From contig CBDBDQ010000005.1 in assembly GCA_965203905.1 (NCBI GenBank), positions 352,001 through 416,000 of the forward strand: a stretch of DNA of 64,000 bases, written 5' to 3'. Below, piece by piece: positions 1 to 9,725 of this stretch (position 1 is the first letter of the stretch; each line of letters begins with the position of its first letter). The position numbers and the translations under genes are program-made. Under the pieces are notes generated by a model. That model was not told the DNA's origin, searched no databases, and saw nothing but the letters and a program-made list of their open reading frames with translations. This stretch comes from Spirochaetia bacterium. Lineage in GTDB: Bacteria; Spirochaetota; Spirochaetia; SZUA-6; Bin103.

Positions 1-1009
1 GGGCCACCGTCTGAAACCTCTGCGCCCTTTCCAATAGAACGCCTAGACTTACCACCGGCGGTCTCAAGCCAATGCCAAGAAAGCTCAACGCTGTCTCAGC
101 AAGAATCATGAATGGGATAGAGAGGGTGACGCTGACGATCACGTAACTGATAAAATTCGGAATCAAGTGACGACCGATTATCGTTGTACTAGGTGCGTTA
201 TAAGCAACCGCAGCAGAAATAAAATCCTCCTCTCTGAGCGAAATGAACTTACTCCGGACCACTCGCGCCAGCCCCGTCCAACCGATGATTGAGAGGATCA
301 CGGTTATGGCAAAATACACTTGGATCGGGCTCCACTCTCTAGGTACGGCCGCCGCTAACGCCATCCATAACGGGATCTGTGGTATCGACATCAACATTTC
401 GATGACGCGTTGGATCGTCTCATCAACCAGGCCGCCTAGAAGTCCCGACATTCCCCCAACCACAAGCCCCAAGACAAAACTGATAAAAACTCCCACGAAC
501 CCTATTGTGAGAGAGATCCGACATGCGTAGAGGGTTCGGCTGAATAGGTCACGCCCAAGTCTATCTGTTCCAAAAAGAAAAATTAGGCCTCCATCCGCTA
601 GGCCGAAAAAGTGTATATCCGTCTTAATCAATCCCCACAATCTATACTCCGTACCGCGAACGAACAAGCTAAGCGGATAGCGTCTGTCGGTAACCGCCGT
701 CACGGTCAACTCGAATGTTTTCCTATCGAGACTCTGTTTTAGGCTATATGCAAAGGGCCGCACATGAAATACACCATCCGCATCTATGAAGTGTAGTCTT
801 TGGGGCGGAAAGTACTTACCCGGAAACTGCTCGTGCTGCCCGTAGGGCGCAAAGAATTCCGGAAACAAAACACATACACAGTACAAACACGCCAACAAAT
901 AGAGACTGATCTGAGCCACTTTATGTCTTTTGAATCGTCGCCAGGTCAATGCCCATTGTGACTGGAAGGTTTCAGTATCGGTAGTGTTCTCCACCTCTTT
1001 ATCAATCAT
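1..1009 (-). CDS. Peptide/Dpp-type ABC transporter permease (DppC-like), runs off the left edge
   Basis: Manual translation from ATG at 1009: MIDKEVENTTDTETFQSQWALTWRRFKRHKVAQIS...FGTDRLGRDLFSRTLYACRISLTIG; paralogous to 34492 and 43674; absent from the ORF track because no stop is in the window. Confidence 0.88.
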   Translation of the reverse strand, partial: MIDKEVENTTDTETFQSQWALTWRRFKRHKVAQISLYLLACLYCVCVLFPEFFAPYGQHEQFPGKYFPPQRLHFIDADGVFHVRPFAYSLKQSLDRKTFELTVTAVTDRRYPLSLFVRGTEYRLWGLIKTDIHFFGLADGGLIFLFGTDRLGRDLFSRTLYACRISLTIGFVGVFISFVLGLVVGGMSGLLGGLVDETIQRVIEMLMSIPQIPLWMALAAAVPREWSPIQVYFAITVILSIIGWTGLARVVRSKFISLREEDFISAAVAYNAPSTTIIGRHLIPNFISYVIVSVTLSIPFMILAETALSFLGIGLRPPVVSLGVLLERAQRFQTVA

Positions 1010-1016
1010 TTATCAA

Positions 1017-2012
1017 TCAATACTTGATCCGAGGATCCAACGCCGCCAGGAGAATGTCTGATATCATCGTGCCGATCACGGTCAGTGTGCTCAAGATGAG
1101 GATAAAGCTTCCGGCAACGTACATATCCTGAGCTTTTAGTGCGTCTAACAGGCGTGCGCCGGTGGTGGGAAGATTGAGGACAATCGAGGTAATTGCCTCT
1201 CCTGAGATAATGGCAGGAAGCAACCATCCGATAGTGCTGACGACAGGTAACACCGCGATCCTAAAGATGTGTTTCCACAGAACAATCCGTTCGGCGAGTC
1301 CCTTGGAACGCGCCGTCTGTACATACGCCTTTCTCATCTCATCCAGCATGGTGCCGCGCAGCACCCGTACCAGCCCTGCGGTGCCGGCGGTGCCGAGCAC
1401 GATCACTGGCAGGACCAAGTGCTTGCTAAGGTCGATAAGCTTCGCCAAACTCCATGACGCACCTTGAAAACCCTGGGAGTAGAGCCCGCCCAGACTCCAG
1501 CCAAATGCCTCATAAAAGATAAACATGAGGACGAGGGCCAATAAGAAATTGGGAGTGGCGACGCCGATAAATGCAAAAAACGTAAAAATGTAGTCGAAAA
1601 GAGAATACTGCTTAACCGCCGAGTATACGCCGATAGGGACTGCCACGATGTAGATGAATAACAGGGTCACGGTAGTTATCAGAATGGTAGGTGGTATTCT
1701 TGATAATAAGATCTCCTTGACAGGACGATTTTCTTCAAAAGACATGCCAAAATCACCTTGAAGAAGGATTTTTTGTATCCATTTGTAGTATTGTATAAAT
1801 ATTGGTTGATCGAGGCCGTAACGGTGACGCAAGGCGGCAATTTGCTCATCAGCAATACTTCCGTATGCTTCCTGTAGTTCCAGAATCCGTGTGGTTAGAA
1901 TGTCTCCTGGGGGAGCCAGGATTATGACAAACGAGACGATTGAAATGAGGACCAGATTTGGTATAACGAACAAAATTCGTCTTATGATGAATGTGATTAG
2001 CTCGCTTCCCAT
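1017..2012 (-). CDS. Peptide/Dpp-type ABC transporter permease (DppB-like)
   Basis: ITFIIRRIL...PPGD...YGLDQP...EAA-loop YVQTARSKGL...LDPRIKY; start trimmed to ATG 2012. Confidence 0.9.
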   Translation of the reverse strand: MGSELITFIIRRILFVIPNLVLISIVSFVIILAPPGDILTTRILELQEAYGSIADEQIAALRHRYGLDQPIFIQYYKWIQKILLQGDFGMSFEENRPVKEILLSRIPPTILITTVTLLFIYIVAVPIGVYSAVKQYSLFDYIFTFFAFIGVATPNFLLALVLMFIFYEAFGWSLGGLYSQGFQGASWSLAKLIDLSKHLVLPVIVLGTAGTAGLVRVLRGTMLDEMRKAYVQTARSKGLAERIVLWKHIFRIAVLPVVSTIGWLLPAIISGEAITSIVLNLPTTGARLLDALKAQDMYVAGSFILILSTLTVIGTMISDILLAALDPRIKY

Positions 2013-2061
2013 AATGCCAACCAATAAGGGAACCCATAGATCATCGACACACCAAGAGCGG

Positions 2062-3243
2062 TCACCGCAGCAACCGAGCCTGAGCGGTGCCCTGCCGCGC
2101 AAGACGCGCCGCGCCCTCGCACCGACGCGCGTCTTGCGGGTGGGAGATGGCGTACAGCGGGATGATGGAGAGGCCGCAGTCTTCCTTGCCGATGGAGTAG
2201 ACCACGTAGAGGCTGCCGTCGTGCTCATGGGCGTAGGGGTAGGACCACTGCGGCGACTTGGCCCGCCCCGGCAATCGCAGGGCGGGGCTGGCGCCGTGGC
2301 GGATGCGCCACACGCGGCTGAAGGCGCGCTCGCCCGGCGCGGCGACCGCCAGCACCAGGGTGTGGCGGTCGGGCCCGACGTTGCCGACCAGGAACGCCTG
2401 ACCGGTAGAGAGGTGACCGGCGTAGGGCTTGCTGGCGGTCAGCGGCACGTTACTGGCCGCGAGCGGTGTCCAGGTGCGGCCGGCGTCGGAGCTTGTCGAG
2501 ACCAGCGCCACCTGCTCCCGCAGCCCGGGCAGGCTGCCGGCCCGGAAGCGGATGATGGCGGTGCAGTCGCCGGTTCCGGGCCACACCAGCACGCTGGTCT
2601 CCGCGAACTGCATGTCGCACCCCGCCGGGCGCGGGATCTCCGTGCGCTCCCAGGCCAGCGGGGCCTGCTTGCTTGTGGCCACCACCGCGTTCTGCCGGCC
2701 GCTGAGGCCGCCCATGATCCAGCGCCCGTCGGGCAGCCGGGTGGGCGCGTCCATCGGCCAGAAGTCGTGCGCCACCGCCTCCGCGTACAGCTCCCAGCGC
2801 CCGCGGTCCGGGTCGAGGCGAAACGCGTCGGTCACCAGCCCTGGAAACGTGCTCGCCGCGTCGGCGGCATCGCGCGGGCGGCCGAAGCGTGGCACCAGCG
2901 ACCACAGGACCCCGTCCTGGACGTGGAACACGCCGTGGCTGCGTGCCTCCGCACCGTCCAGATTGGGACCGATCACCTCGGCCGGCCCCCAGCGGCGGGC
3001 ACCGTCACCGGCCGCGCCGCGCCGCCCGCACTCCCGTTCCAGCAGGCTGTTCTCGTCCACCGGGCTGCTGCCCCAGCTCGCGTACCAGGTACCGGCGTGG
3101 TGCACGATGGCGGCGCCGTGCAGGAACCCGTCCCCCTGCGAGCCGCGGTGCACCACCACGTGGGTCACCTCGTCAAGCAGCGGGATGCGGTCCACCGCGG
3201 GGAAGGCGTCGCCGCCCCAGAGCCGCTGCGCAGCCTTACTCAC
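2062..3243 (-). CDS. BNR/Asp-box beta-propeller, exo-alpha-sialidase-like
   Basis: Asp-box SSDAGRTW, C-terminal WSYPYA motif; downstream of a sugar ABC operon; paralog of 10616. Confidence 0.75.
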   Translation of the reverse strand: MSKAAQRLWGGDAFPAVDRIPLLDEVTHVVVHRGSQGDGFLHGAAIVHHAGTWYASWGSSPVDENSLLERECGRRGAAGDGARRWGPAEVIGPNLDGAEARSHGVFHVQDGVLWSLVPRFGRPRDAADAASTFPGLVTDAFRLDPDRGRWELYAEAVAHDFWPMDAPTRLPDGRWIMGGLSGRQNAVVATSKQAPLAWERTEIPRPAGCDMQFAETSVLVWPGTGDCTAIIRFRAGSLPGLREQVALVSTSSDAGRTWTPLAASNVPLTASKPYAGHLSTGQAFLVGNVGPDRHTLVLAVAAPGERAFSRVWRIRHGASPALRLPGRAKSPQWSYPYAHEHDGSLYVVYSIGKEDCGLSIIPLYAISHPQDARRCEGAARLARQGTAQARLLR

Positions 3244-3264
3244 GTGCCATCGTCATGAAACGGC

Positions 3265-3308
3265 GGAGTGCCCCGCCCACCCGACACGGGCAGGGTACGG
3301 GGCACTCC
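3265..3308 (-). terminator. Stem-loop after SBP gene (mRNA stabiliser or attenuator)
   Basis: GGAGTGCCCCG...CGGGGCACTCC 11-bp perfect stem just after the SBP stop. Confidence 0.55.
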
Positions 3309-3330
3309 TGCTTGCGAAGGGTGACGCGCG

Positions 3331-4836
3331 TCAGCGCATCGCCTTCCACACGGCGTTCTTCTGGTCCGTAATCGCCTGGCCGCCGCTGGCGTACCACTCC
3401 TCGACGTAGGCCTCCCACTCGGCGTCGAGGTCGATGTCGGGCTCGATCTGCATCCGCAGCAGGCGGCTCGACTCCAGTCCGCCGAGTCCGGCGCGGTACT
3501 CGCCTTCCGCCTCCACCCGGTCCTCGATGATCGGACGCTGCACGTAGTCGACGTAGGCGGCGCGGTTCTCGAACACCAGCGGGCTGGTCACCATCATGTT
3601 GTCGCGGCGGAAGAACCACGAGAAGATGTAGTTGCCGGCCGCTGCCTGGTCCTCGGCGGTGTCGATCTTGGAGATGACGCGGTTGTCGCCCTCCTCCCAG
3701 TGCACGCCGGGCAGGCCGAACGCGGCCAGCGCGGCGCCCTCGTCGGTCGCCAGGTAGTCGATGAGCTGGATCGCCTTCTCGGGATGCTCGGCGTGGGAGA
3801 AGATGATCAGCCCCGGCGAGTAGCCCTTCACCCCCTGGCCCGGCATGCGCCGCCGTCCCTGCGGGTCGGGCGCCGGCGGAATGAAGCTGACCTGGGCGTG
3901 CGGCACGCCGCGCTTGAACTCGGTCCACCACTGCGAGTAGCCCTCGTCCAGGTGGGTGTTCCACCACCACAGCGTGCCGTAGGTGTCCTGGCGCTGCTTG
4001 TCCAGCCACTGCGGCCGCGTCATGATCGGGAACTCGGGATCCACCAGGCCCTCCTGGAACAGCCGGCGGAAGTAGCGGATCGCCTCCTTGGTGCCCGGGT
4101 GCACCGCCCACCACACCAGGTCGCCGTCCAGCTCGTCCCAGTGGCTGATCAGGACGCCGTGGCCGCCGAGGATGTACTCGATCATGCTGCGCCGCCCCTT
4201 GGCGGGATAGCCGCCCGACAGGCCGTAGGTGTCGGCCTTGCCGTCGCCGTCCGGGTCGTCGTGGGTGAATGCCCGCACCACCTCGTAGTACTCGTCGAGG
4301 TCCTGCGGCACCGACAGCCCGAGGGTGTCGAGCCAGTCCTGGCGGATGGTGTAGCCCCATTCGAAGCCCCAGGAGTTGAAGCGCGCGTTGATGCTGTAAG
4401 TGTCGCCGTCGGGACCGAACGGCCGGTACCACTGCGCCTCGAACGGCCGCGCCTTGAGCACGTTGGGGCCGTGCTCGGCGAGCAGCGCGTCCAGGCCGAT
4501 GATCACCTCGTCCTCGGCCAGCTCCATGATCTCGCGCTGGGCATCGGCGAACCACGCCTCCAGCAGGTCCGGGTAGTCGCCGGACGCCAGGATGGTCTGG
4601 GTGGTCTGCCGGTACTCTCCGGGGGACTTGGGCTCCCAGTTGAACTTGGCGCCCACCGCCTTCTCCAGCTCGCCCTGCACCAGGTTGCCCTCCTGGTAGG
4701 TGCCGAGCATGCGCGAGATGATGTGCAGCTCCGGCACCTCACCGGCGGCGGCTTCGCCTTCCCCGCCGGCCAGCACCAGCCCCGCCGGCGCCGCCAGCAG
4801 CACTGCAACGAACAATAGTCTTACGTATCGCATCAC
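3331..4836 (-). CDS. Carbohydrate ABC transporter solute-binding protein (LplA-like)
   Basis: Signal peptide ending LVLAGGEGE, ASGDYPD, IRQDWLD, DPDGDGKADTYG. Confidence 0.9.
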   Translation of the reverse strand: MMRYVRLLFVAVLLAAPAGLVLAGGEGEAAAGEVPELHIISRMLGTYQEGNLVQGELEKAVGAKFNWEPKSPGEYRQTTQTILASGDYPDLLEAWFADAQREIMELAEDEVIIGLDALLAEHGPNVLKARPFEAQWYRPFGPDGDTYSINARFNSWGFEWGYTIRQDWLDTLGLSVPQDLDEYYEVVRAFTHDDPDGDGKADTYGLSGGYPAKGRRSMIEYILGGHGVLISHWDELDGDLVWWAVHPGTKEAIRYFRRLFQEGLVDPEFPIMTRPQWLDKQRQDTYGTLWWWNTHLDEGYSQWWTEFKRGVPHAQVSFIPPAPDPQGRRRMPGQGVKGYSPGLIIFSHAEHPEKAIQLIDYLATDEGAALAAFGLPGVHWEEGDNRVISKIDTAEDQAAAGNYIFSWFFRRDNMMVTSPLVFENRAAYVDYVQRPIIEDRVEAEGEYRAGLGGLESSRLLRMQIEPDIDLDAEWEAYVEEWYASGGQAITDQKNAVWKAMR

Positions 4837-4885
4837 AACCCTCCTAAGTTGCCTACAGCGATTTCCGGCGCCACCGCGCCGGAGC

Positions 4886-5776
4886 TCATCCCTTTACGGC
4901 GCCGATCATAACGCCCTTGGCGAAGTGCCGCTGCAGGAACGGGTAGATCAGCATCACCGGTAGCGTGCCGACCATCACCGTGGCCATCTTGACCGTGTCG
5001 GCGGTGACCGATCCCGCGGTCTGGTCGCCCGAGGGCATGTCGAACTGGTCCTCGAGCTGGGTGATCAGCAGGCTGCGCAGGATCACCTGCAAGGTCCATT
5101 TCTCCTTGTTCGGCAGATAGATGATTGCCGTGAAAAACTCGTTCCAGTAGCGCACCGCGTAGAACAGCCCCACCGAGGCCAGCGCCGGCAGCGACAGCGG
5201 CAGGATGATGCGCAGCAGGATCACCAGGTCGTTGGCGCCGTCGATCCTGGCCGACTCCGGCAGGCTGTCGGGGATGTTCTTGAAGAACTTGATCATGATG
5301 AACACGTAGAAGGGCCAGACGAGCTGCGGCACGATCAGCGACCACAGCGAGTTGATCAGCCCGGTCTCGCGCACGATCACGTAGGTGGGGATGATCCCGC
5401 CGCTGAACAGGATGGTGAAGTAGGTGAGCAGCGATATCACCCTCACACCGGGAATCCGGGTCGACAGCGGGTAGGCGTAGAGGGAGGTCACCGCCAGGCT
5501 GAACAGGGTGCCCACGATCACTACGAACGCCGTGTTGAGGTAGGAGCGCATGATCTCCGGCGTGCGCAGCACGAACGACACCGCCGCCAGCGTCGGCTCC
5601 TGCGGCAGCAGGATGGCGCCTTTGCCGAGCACCGCCTGGGGGTCGCTCAGCCCGAACATGAACACGTACCACATCGGGTACAGCATCACCACGCCGGTGA
5701 GCGCCAGCAGCAGGTGGTTCAGCGCCACGCCGGGCGCCGGCAGCCGGAACGTTGCGGCACCAGGGGCGGCCCTCAA
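4886..5776 (-). CDS. Carbohydrate ABC permease (LplC/MalG-like)
   Basis: FSGGIIPTY, ESARIDGA EAA motif, YPFLQRHFAKGVMIGAVKG; TTG start overlapping the upstream TGA. Confidence 0.88.
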   Translation of the reverse strand: MRAAPGAATFRLPAPGVALNHLLLALTGVVMLYPMWYVFMFGLSDPQAVLGKGAILLPQEPTLAAVSFVLRTPEIMRSYLNTAFVVIVGTLFSLAVTSLYAYPLSTRIPGVRVISLLTYFTILFSGGIIPTYVIVRETGLINSLWSLIVPQLVWPFYVFIMIKFFKNIPDSLPESARIDGANDLVILLRIILPLSLPALASVGLFYAVRYWNEFFTAIIYLPNKEKWTLQVILRSLLITQLEDQFDMPSGDQTAGSVTADTVKMATVMVGTLPVMLIYPFLQRHFAKGVMIGAVKG

Positions 5777-6720
5777 AACACGCCCTCCTCGCCCACCTTG
5801 CGGATCGCCCAGTTGGCGGCCAGCACCATCCCCAGTCCCACCACCGACTTGAAGAAGCCGACGGTGGCGCCGATGCTGTACTGCCCCTCCTGGAACGCGG
5901 CGCGGTAGGTGTAGGTGTCGAGGATCTCGCTGACGTCGTACACCACCGGATTCTGCAGGATGAAGATCTGCTCGAAGCCGGCATCGAGGATGTGGCCGAT
6001 GCGCAGGATGAAGATGATGATCACCACCGGCATGATGGAGGGCAGGGTGATGTACCAGATCTGCTGCAGCTTGCGCGCCCCGTCTATGGTGGCCGCTTCG
6101 TAGAGGTCGGGATCGACCCCGGCCAGGGCGGCCAGGAAGATGATGGTGCCCCAGCCCGCCTCCTTCCAGATGTCGGTGAGCACCAGGGTGCCGCGGAACG
6201 CCCCCGGGTCCATCAGCATGTTGGGCGCCAGCCCGATCGAGTCGCGCAGCAGGTTGGTGATGACGCCGGTCTGCGGGGCCAGGAACACCACCGCCAGGTG
6301 GCCGATCACCACCCAGGAGAGGAAGTGCGGCAGATAGAGCACGGTCTGCACGCCGCGCTTGTACCAGCTCACCCGCACCTCGTTGAGCATCAGCGCCAGC
6401 ACGATGGGGACCGGGAACACGAACACCAGCTTGAGCAGGCTGATGACCACCGTGTTGGTGATGATCAGCTCGAAGAAGGGGGAGCTGAAGAAGCGCTCGA
6501 AGTTCTCGAACCCGACCCACGGACTGCGCCAGATGCCGCGCGACAGGCGGAAGTTCTTGAACGCGATGGTGAGCCCGTACATCGGCAGGTAGCGGTAGAC
6601 CAGCAGCACCACCGCGCCGGGCAGCAGCATCAGGTACAGGTAGCGGTGGGTGATCAGCGGCGCGTACCACGCCCGCCGCCGCGTAGCCGCGGCCTGCGCC
6701 TCGGTGGCTCCGGCACTCAT
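5773..6720 (-). CDS. Carbohydrate ABC permease (LplB/MalF-like)
   Basis: YLPMYG, YLPHFLSWVV, YEAATIDGA; start trimmed to ATG 6720. Confidence 0.9.
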   Translation of the reverse strand: MSAGATEAQAAATRRRAWYAPLITHRYLYLMLLPGAVVLLVYRYLPMYGLTIAFKNFRLSRGIWRSPWVGFENFERFFSSPFFELIITNTVVISLLKLVFVFPVPIVLALMLNEVRVSWYKRGVQTVLYLPHFLSWVVIGHLAVVFLAPQTGVITNLLRDSIGLAPNMLMDPGAFRGTLVLTDIWKEAGWGTIIFLAALAGVDPDLYEAATIDGARKLQQIWYITLPSIMPVVIIIFILRIGHILDAGFEQIFILQNPVVYDVSEILDTYTYRAAFQEGQYSIGATVGFFKSVVGLGMVLAANWAIRKVGEEGVF

Positions 6721-6781
6721 GGTGTGGCAGGTAATCGGCCGTGGGTTCGTTTCGCCACCGCGTGTCCTTCGCTGAAGCGCC

Positions 6782-6809
6782 ATTATAGCGCACCGGCGTG
6801 GCCTGTCAC
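6782..6809 (-). promoter_or_regulatory. Putative sigma70 promoter of the leftward ABC operon
   Basis: GTGACA-16 bp-TATAAT on the minus strand. Confidence 0.55.
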
Positions 6810-6960
6810 GGACTCGAACAGGGAGTTCCCGGACCCGCGGCAGTGGCCGGTTCCGACCGGCGGAGCTGCCGTGGTGTCCGCGACACGGCTCCAGTGACGC
6901 CCAGAGTAGCCCGGAATAGTGGCATCTAGGCCTGGTCGCGGTCACGCGGCCCTCGCGTCG

Positions 6961-6999
6961 CCCCATTGACCCCGTTGACCCCTGTTGACCCCATTGACG
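6961..6999. repeat. Four phased direct repeats CCCC(A/G/TG)TTGAC
   Basis: TTGAC at 6966, 6975, 6985 and 6994. Confidence 0.85.
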
Positions 7000-7022
7000 G
7001 CCGCCCGTTGCCGCCCTATGGT
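6994..7022 (+). promoter_or_regulatory. Putative sigma70 promoter of the rightward ABC operon
   Basis: TTGACG-17 bp-TATGGT. Confidence 0.65.
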
Positions 7023-7189
7023 GTTAGCTTCCATCCTTATCTGTTTCGGATGCGCGCGCTGAACAGACGCCGCGGCGTCGGCGTGCTGCCGTGATATCCA
7101 CAAGGAGGGGCTGAGACAAAGACCACCGGAAACCCATCGGGGAACATCGCTCGGTTGATTGTCGGACCCAAGTCCGAAAGGAGTGTGTC

Positions 7190-8722
7190 ATGAAAAACAC
7201 TTTACGACACCTGATAGCGTGCGCTGCGCTGGCGCTCGTATCGCAAGTACCCTTGTTCGCTACCGGACAGGCGGCCACCGCTACCACCGTGGCGGCTCCG
7301 CTCGAGGTCATCTCCAGGACCTTTATCGATGTATACGACGAAAACGACGTCCTGGACCTGCTGCAGGAGCGGCTCGGTTTCGAGATCGACTGGACGCGAA
7401 AGTCCTCATCCGATTACCGCGAGCAACAACTGGTCGTACTGGCATCCGGAGATTATCCCGACGTCATGGAATTCCTCTGGAGCGACATCTTCAAGGATGT
7501 CAGGCAGAACGCCGAGGACGGAGTCTTCAGACCCCTGAACGATCTGCTTGAACAGCATGGCCAGAACATTCTGGCAGCGCGTCCCTATGACGAACAGTGG
7601 TACAAGCCGCTGGATGACGGGGAAGTCTATTCCATACCGACACGGTTCAACAGTTGGCTGGCCGAGCATGGGCTGCTCGTGCGTACCGACTGGTTGGCCA
7701 ATCTGGGGCTCTCCGTACCGACCAATCTGGACGAGCTCTACACGGTACTGCAGGCGTTTACCAACGACGACCCGGATCAGGACGGACGCAAGGACACGTT
7801 CGGATCGGACTGCGTCTCGATCATCTCGGGACGCCAGACCGGGTGGCGTTGCGACCTGAACCGAATCATAGCGACCGCTTTCGGGGTCAACCCCAGCCAC
7901 GGCGGCGGAACGGCCTGGGACGTGATAGATGGGGAACTGGTCAACTGGCTGGTCAACCCCGCCTATCTGGACGTGGTCAAGTATGAACGGCGACTGTACC
8001 AGGAAGGTCTCATCGACCCCGAGTATGCAATCATGACGCGGCCGAACCGGCTCGACAAGATCTACGCCGGGACGTACGGCGTGCATCGCTGGCCGTTCAC
8101 CCACCTGGACAGCACCTCGTCGTGGTGGACCGGTCTTACCAACGGAAATCCGGGCTTGGAATTCGCCTGGATCGAGCCGTTCACCGATCCCCAGGGCAGA
8201 CGCCGCCACCTGGAGATGGGCATCAGCACGGGCAGCTTCCAGTCGTCGGTATTTTCCGAGAGCAGCCAACCGGAGAACGCCATCAAGCTGATCGACTTCC
8301 TGGCCACGGAGGAGGGCGCACTGCTGGCCTCCTACGGTCAGGAGGACGTGCACTACCACTACGAAGGCCAGAACCTCATCGTCACCGAGATGACCGAAGA
8401 TGAAAGGAAAAGCAGTGGAGCATACGTGTACTCCTGGTTCTTCAGGAAGACCAACGTGTTGCCGATCAACGAGTATCACGCTGACATCGTGGCCAACTAC
8501 CTCAAGTTCGTGGAGCCGAAGCTGACCTTCCCGCCGCTCCCGGCGGGTGTCAAGTACGGGGCCGGCTTGACCGATCTCGTATTGAGCCGCATCACCACCA
8601 TCATTACGGCGGGCGACATCGACGTCGACGCCGAGTACGCCGCCCTGGTGGCAGAGTGGCTCGACAAGGGCGGCCGTGAGATCACCGCAGAGGTGAACGC
8701 CTACTATCAGACACTGAACTGA
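7190..8722 (+). CDS. Carbohydrate ABC solute-binding protein (LplA-like)
   Basis: Signal peptide, ASGDYPD, VRTDWL, DPDQDGRKDT; RBS AAGGAG. Confidence 0.9.
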   Translation: MKNTLRHLIACAALALVSQVPLFATGQAATATTVAAPLEVISRTFIDVYDENDVLDLLQERLGFEIDWTRKSSSDYREQQLVVLASGDYPDVMEFLWSDIFKDVRQNAEDGVFRPLNDLLEQHGQNILAARPYDEQWYKPLDDGEVYSIPTRFNSWLAEHGLLVRTDWLANLGLSVPTNLDELYTVLQAFTNDDPDQDGRKDTFGSDCVSIISGRQTGWRCDLNRIIATAFGVNPSHGGGTAWDVIDGELVNWLVNPAYLDVVKYERRLYQEGLIDPEYAIMTRPNRLDKIYAGTYGVHRWPFTHLDSTSSWWTGLTNGNPGLEFAWIEPFTDPQGRRRHLEMGISTGSFQSSVFSESSQPENAIKLIDFLATEEGALLASYGQEDVHYHYEGQNLIVTEMTEDERKSSGAYVYSWFFRKTNVLPINEYHADIVANYLKFVEPKLTFPPLPAGVKYGAGLTDLVLSRITTIITAGDIDVDAEYAALVAEWLDKGGREITAEVNAYYQTLN

Positions 8723-8729
8723 CCGTGGT

Positions 8730-8769
8730 CATCGCGGGCTTCGGAGGAGCGCCTCCGAGGCCTGCGGTG
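8730..8769 (+). terminator. Stem-loop after SBP gene
   Basis: CATCGCGGGCTTCGGAGG/CCTCCGAGGCCTGCGGTG stem with G-U pairs. Confidence 0.55.
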
Positions 8770-8809
8770 ATGCGGCTGACGGCTACCATAGACGCCACCT
8801 GCTGAAACC

Positions 8810-9721
8810 GTGAGCAAGCAACCGAAGATCAGCGAATTCTGGAAGGCCAGACAGCTCTATCTCATGATGATTCCCGGTCTTCTGTTTCTCTTCGTGTACC
8901 GCTACCTGCCCATGTACGGCGTCGTCATTGCCTTCAAGGACTTCCGAATCGCACGCGGTATCCTGAGAAGTCCGTGGGCGGGTCTGATCAATTTCGAGGA
9001 ATTGTTCCTGTCCCCGTTCTTCGAGATGATCCTGCGCAACACCATTATCATCAGCGGACTAAAGCTGATCTTCGTGTTTCCCGTGCCGATCATCCTGGCG
9101 CTCATGTTGAATGAGGTGTCCGGGCTACGCCTCAAGAAGACCATTCAGACGGTCCTCTACCTGCCCCACTTTCTTTCCTGGGTAGTGATCGGAAACCTGA
9201 TCTTCATCCTGATTGCACCATCCACCGGAGTGTTGTCGAATTTCCTCCAGACGCTGGCCGGCAGGCAGATCGACATGCTGATCCATCCGGACAAATTTCG
9301 CATTCTGCTGGTGATCAGCGAAATCTGGAAGGAGGCGGGCTGGGGCACGATCATCTTTCTGGCGGCGCTGGTCGGCGTCGATCCGAATCTCTACGAGGCA
9401 TCGTTGATGGACGGTGCCAAGAAGCTGCAGCAGATCTGGTACATCACGATCCCCGCCATCATGCCGATCATCATAATCATCTTCATCTTGCGCCTGGGAT
9501 ACGTGATGGACGCCGGTTTCGAACAGATATTTGTGCTCCAGAACGTAATGGTGTACCAGAAGAGTGAGATCATCGATACCTACGTCTACAAGGCCGCCTT
9601 CGAGCAGGGCCGCTACGCGCTCGGGGCGGCTGCCGGCCTGTTCAAGTCGGTGATTGGAATGGCCCTGGTTCTGCTCGCCAACCGGCTCACCAAGACCGCC
9701 GGCAACGAGGGGATGTGGTGA
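8810..9721 (+). CDS. Carbohydrate ABC permease (LplB-like)
   Basis: YLPMYG, YLPHFLSWVV, YEASLMDGA. Confidence 0.9.
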   Translation: MSKQPKISEFWKARQLYLMMIPGLLFLFVYRYLPMYGVVIAFKDFRIARGILRSPWAGLINFEELFLSPFFEMILRNTIIISGLKLIFVFPVPIILALMLNEVSGLRLKKTIQTVLYLPHFLSWVVIGNLIFILIAPSTGVLSNFLQTLAGRQIDMLIHPDKFRILLVISEIWKEAGWGTIIFLAALVGVDPNLYEASLMDGAKKLQQIWYITIPAIMPIIIIIFILRLGYVMDAGFEQIFVLQNVMVYQKSEIIDTYVYKAAFEQGRYALGAAAGLFKSVIGMALVLLANRLTKTAGNEGMW

Positions 9722-9725
9722 CCCG

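Noticed and set aside
6831-6880. Branched GC-rich hairpin in the divergent intergenic region as a possible ncRNA or REP
   Set aside because: Single copy in the window, no recognised family, and such stems are expected at this GC content
7095-7170. GGGGCTGAGA suggesting a TPP riboswitch in the SBP leader
   Set aside because: The downstream CCTGA..TAATGC..GCGTAGG core is absent
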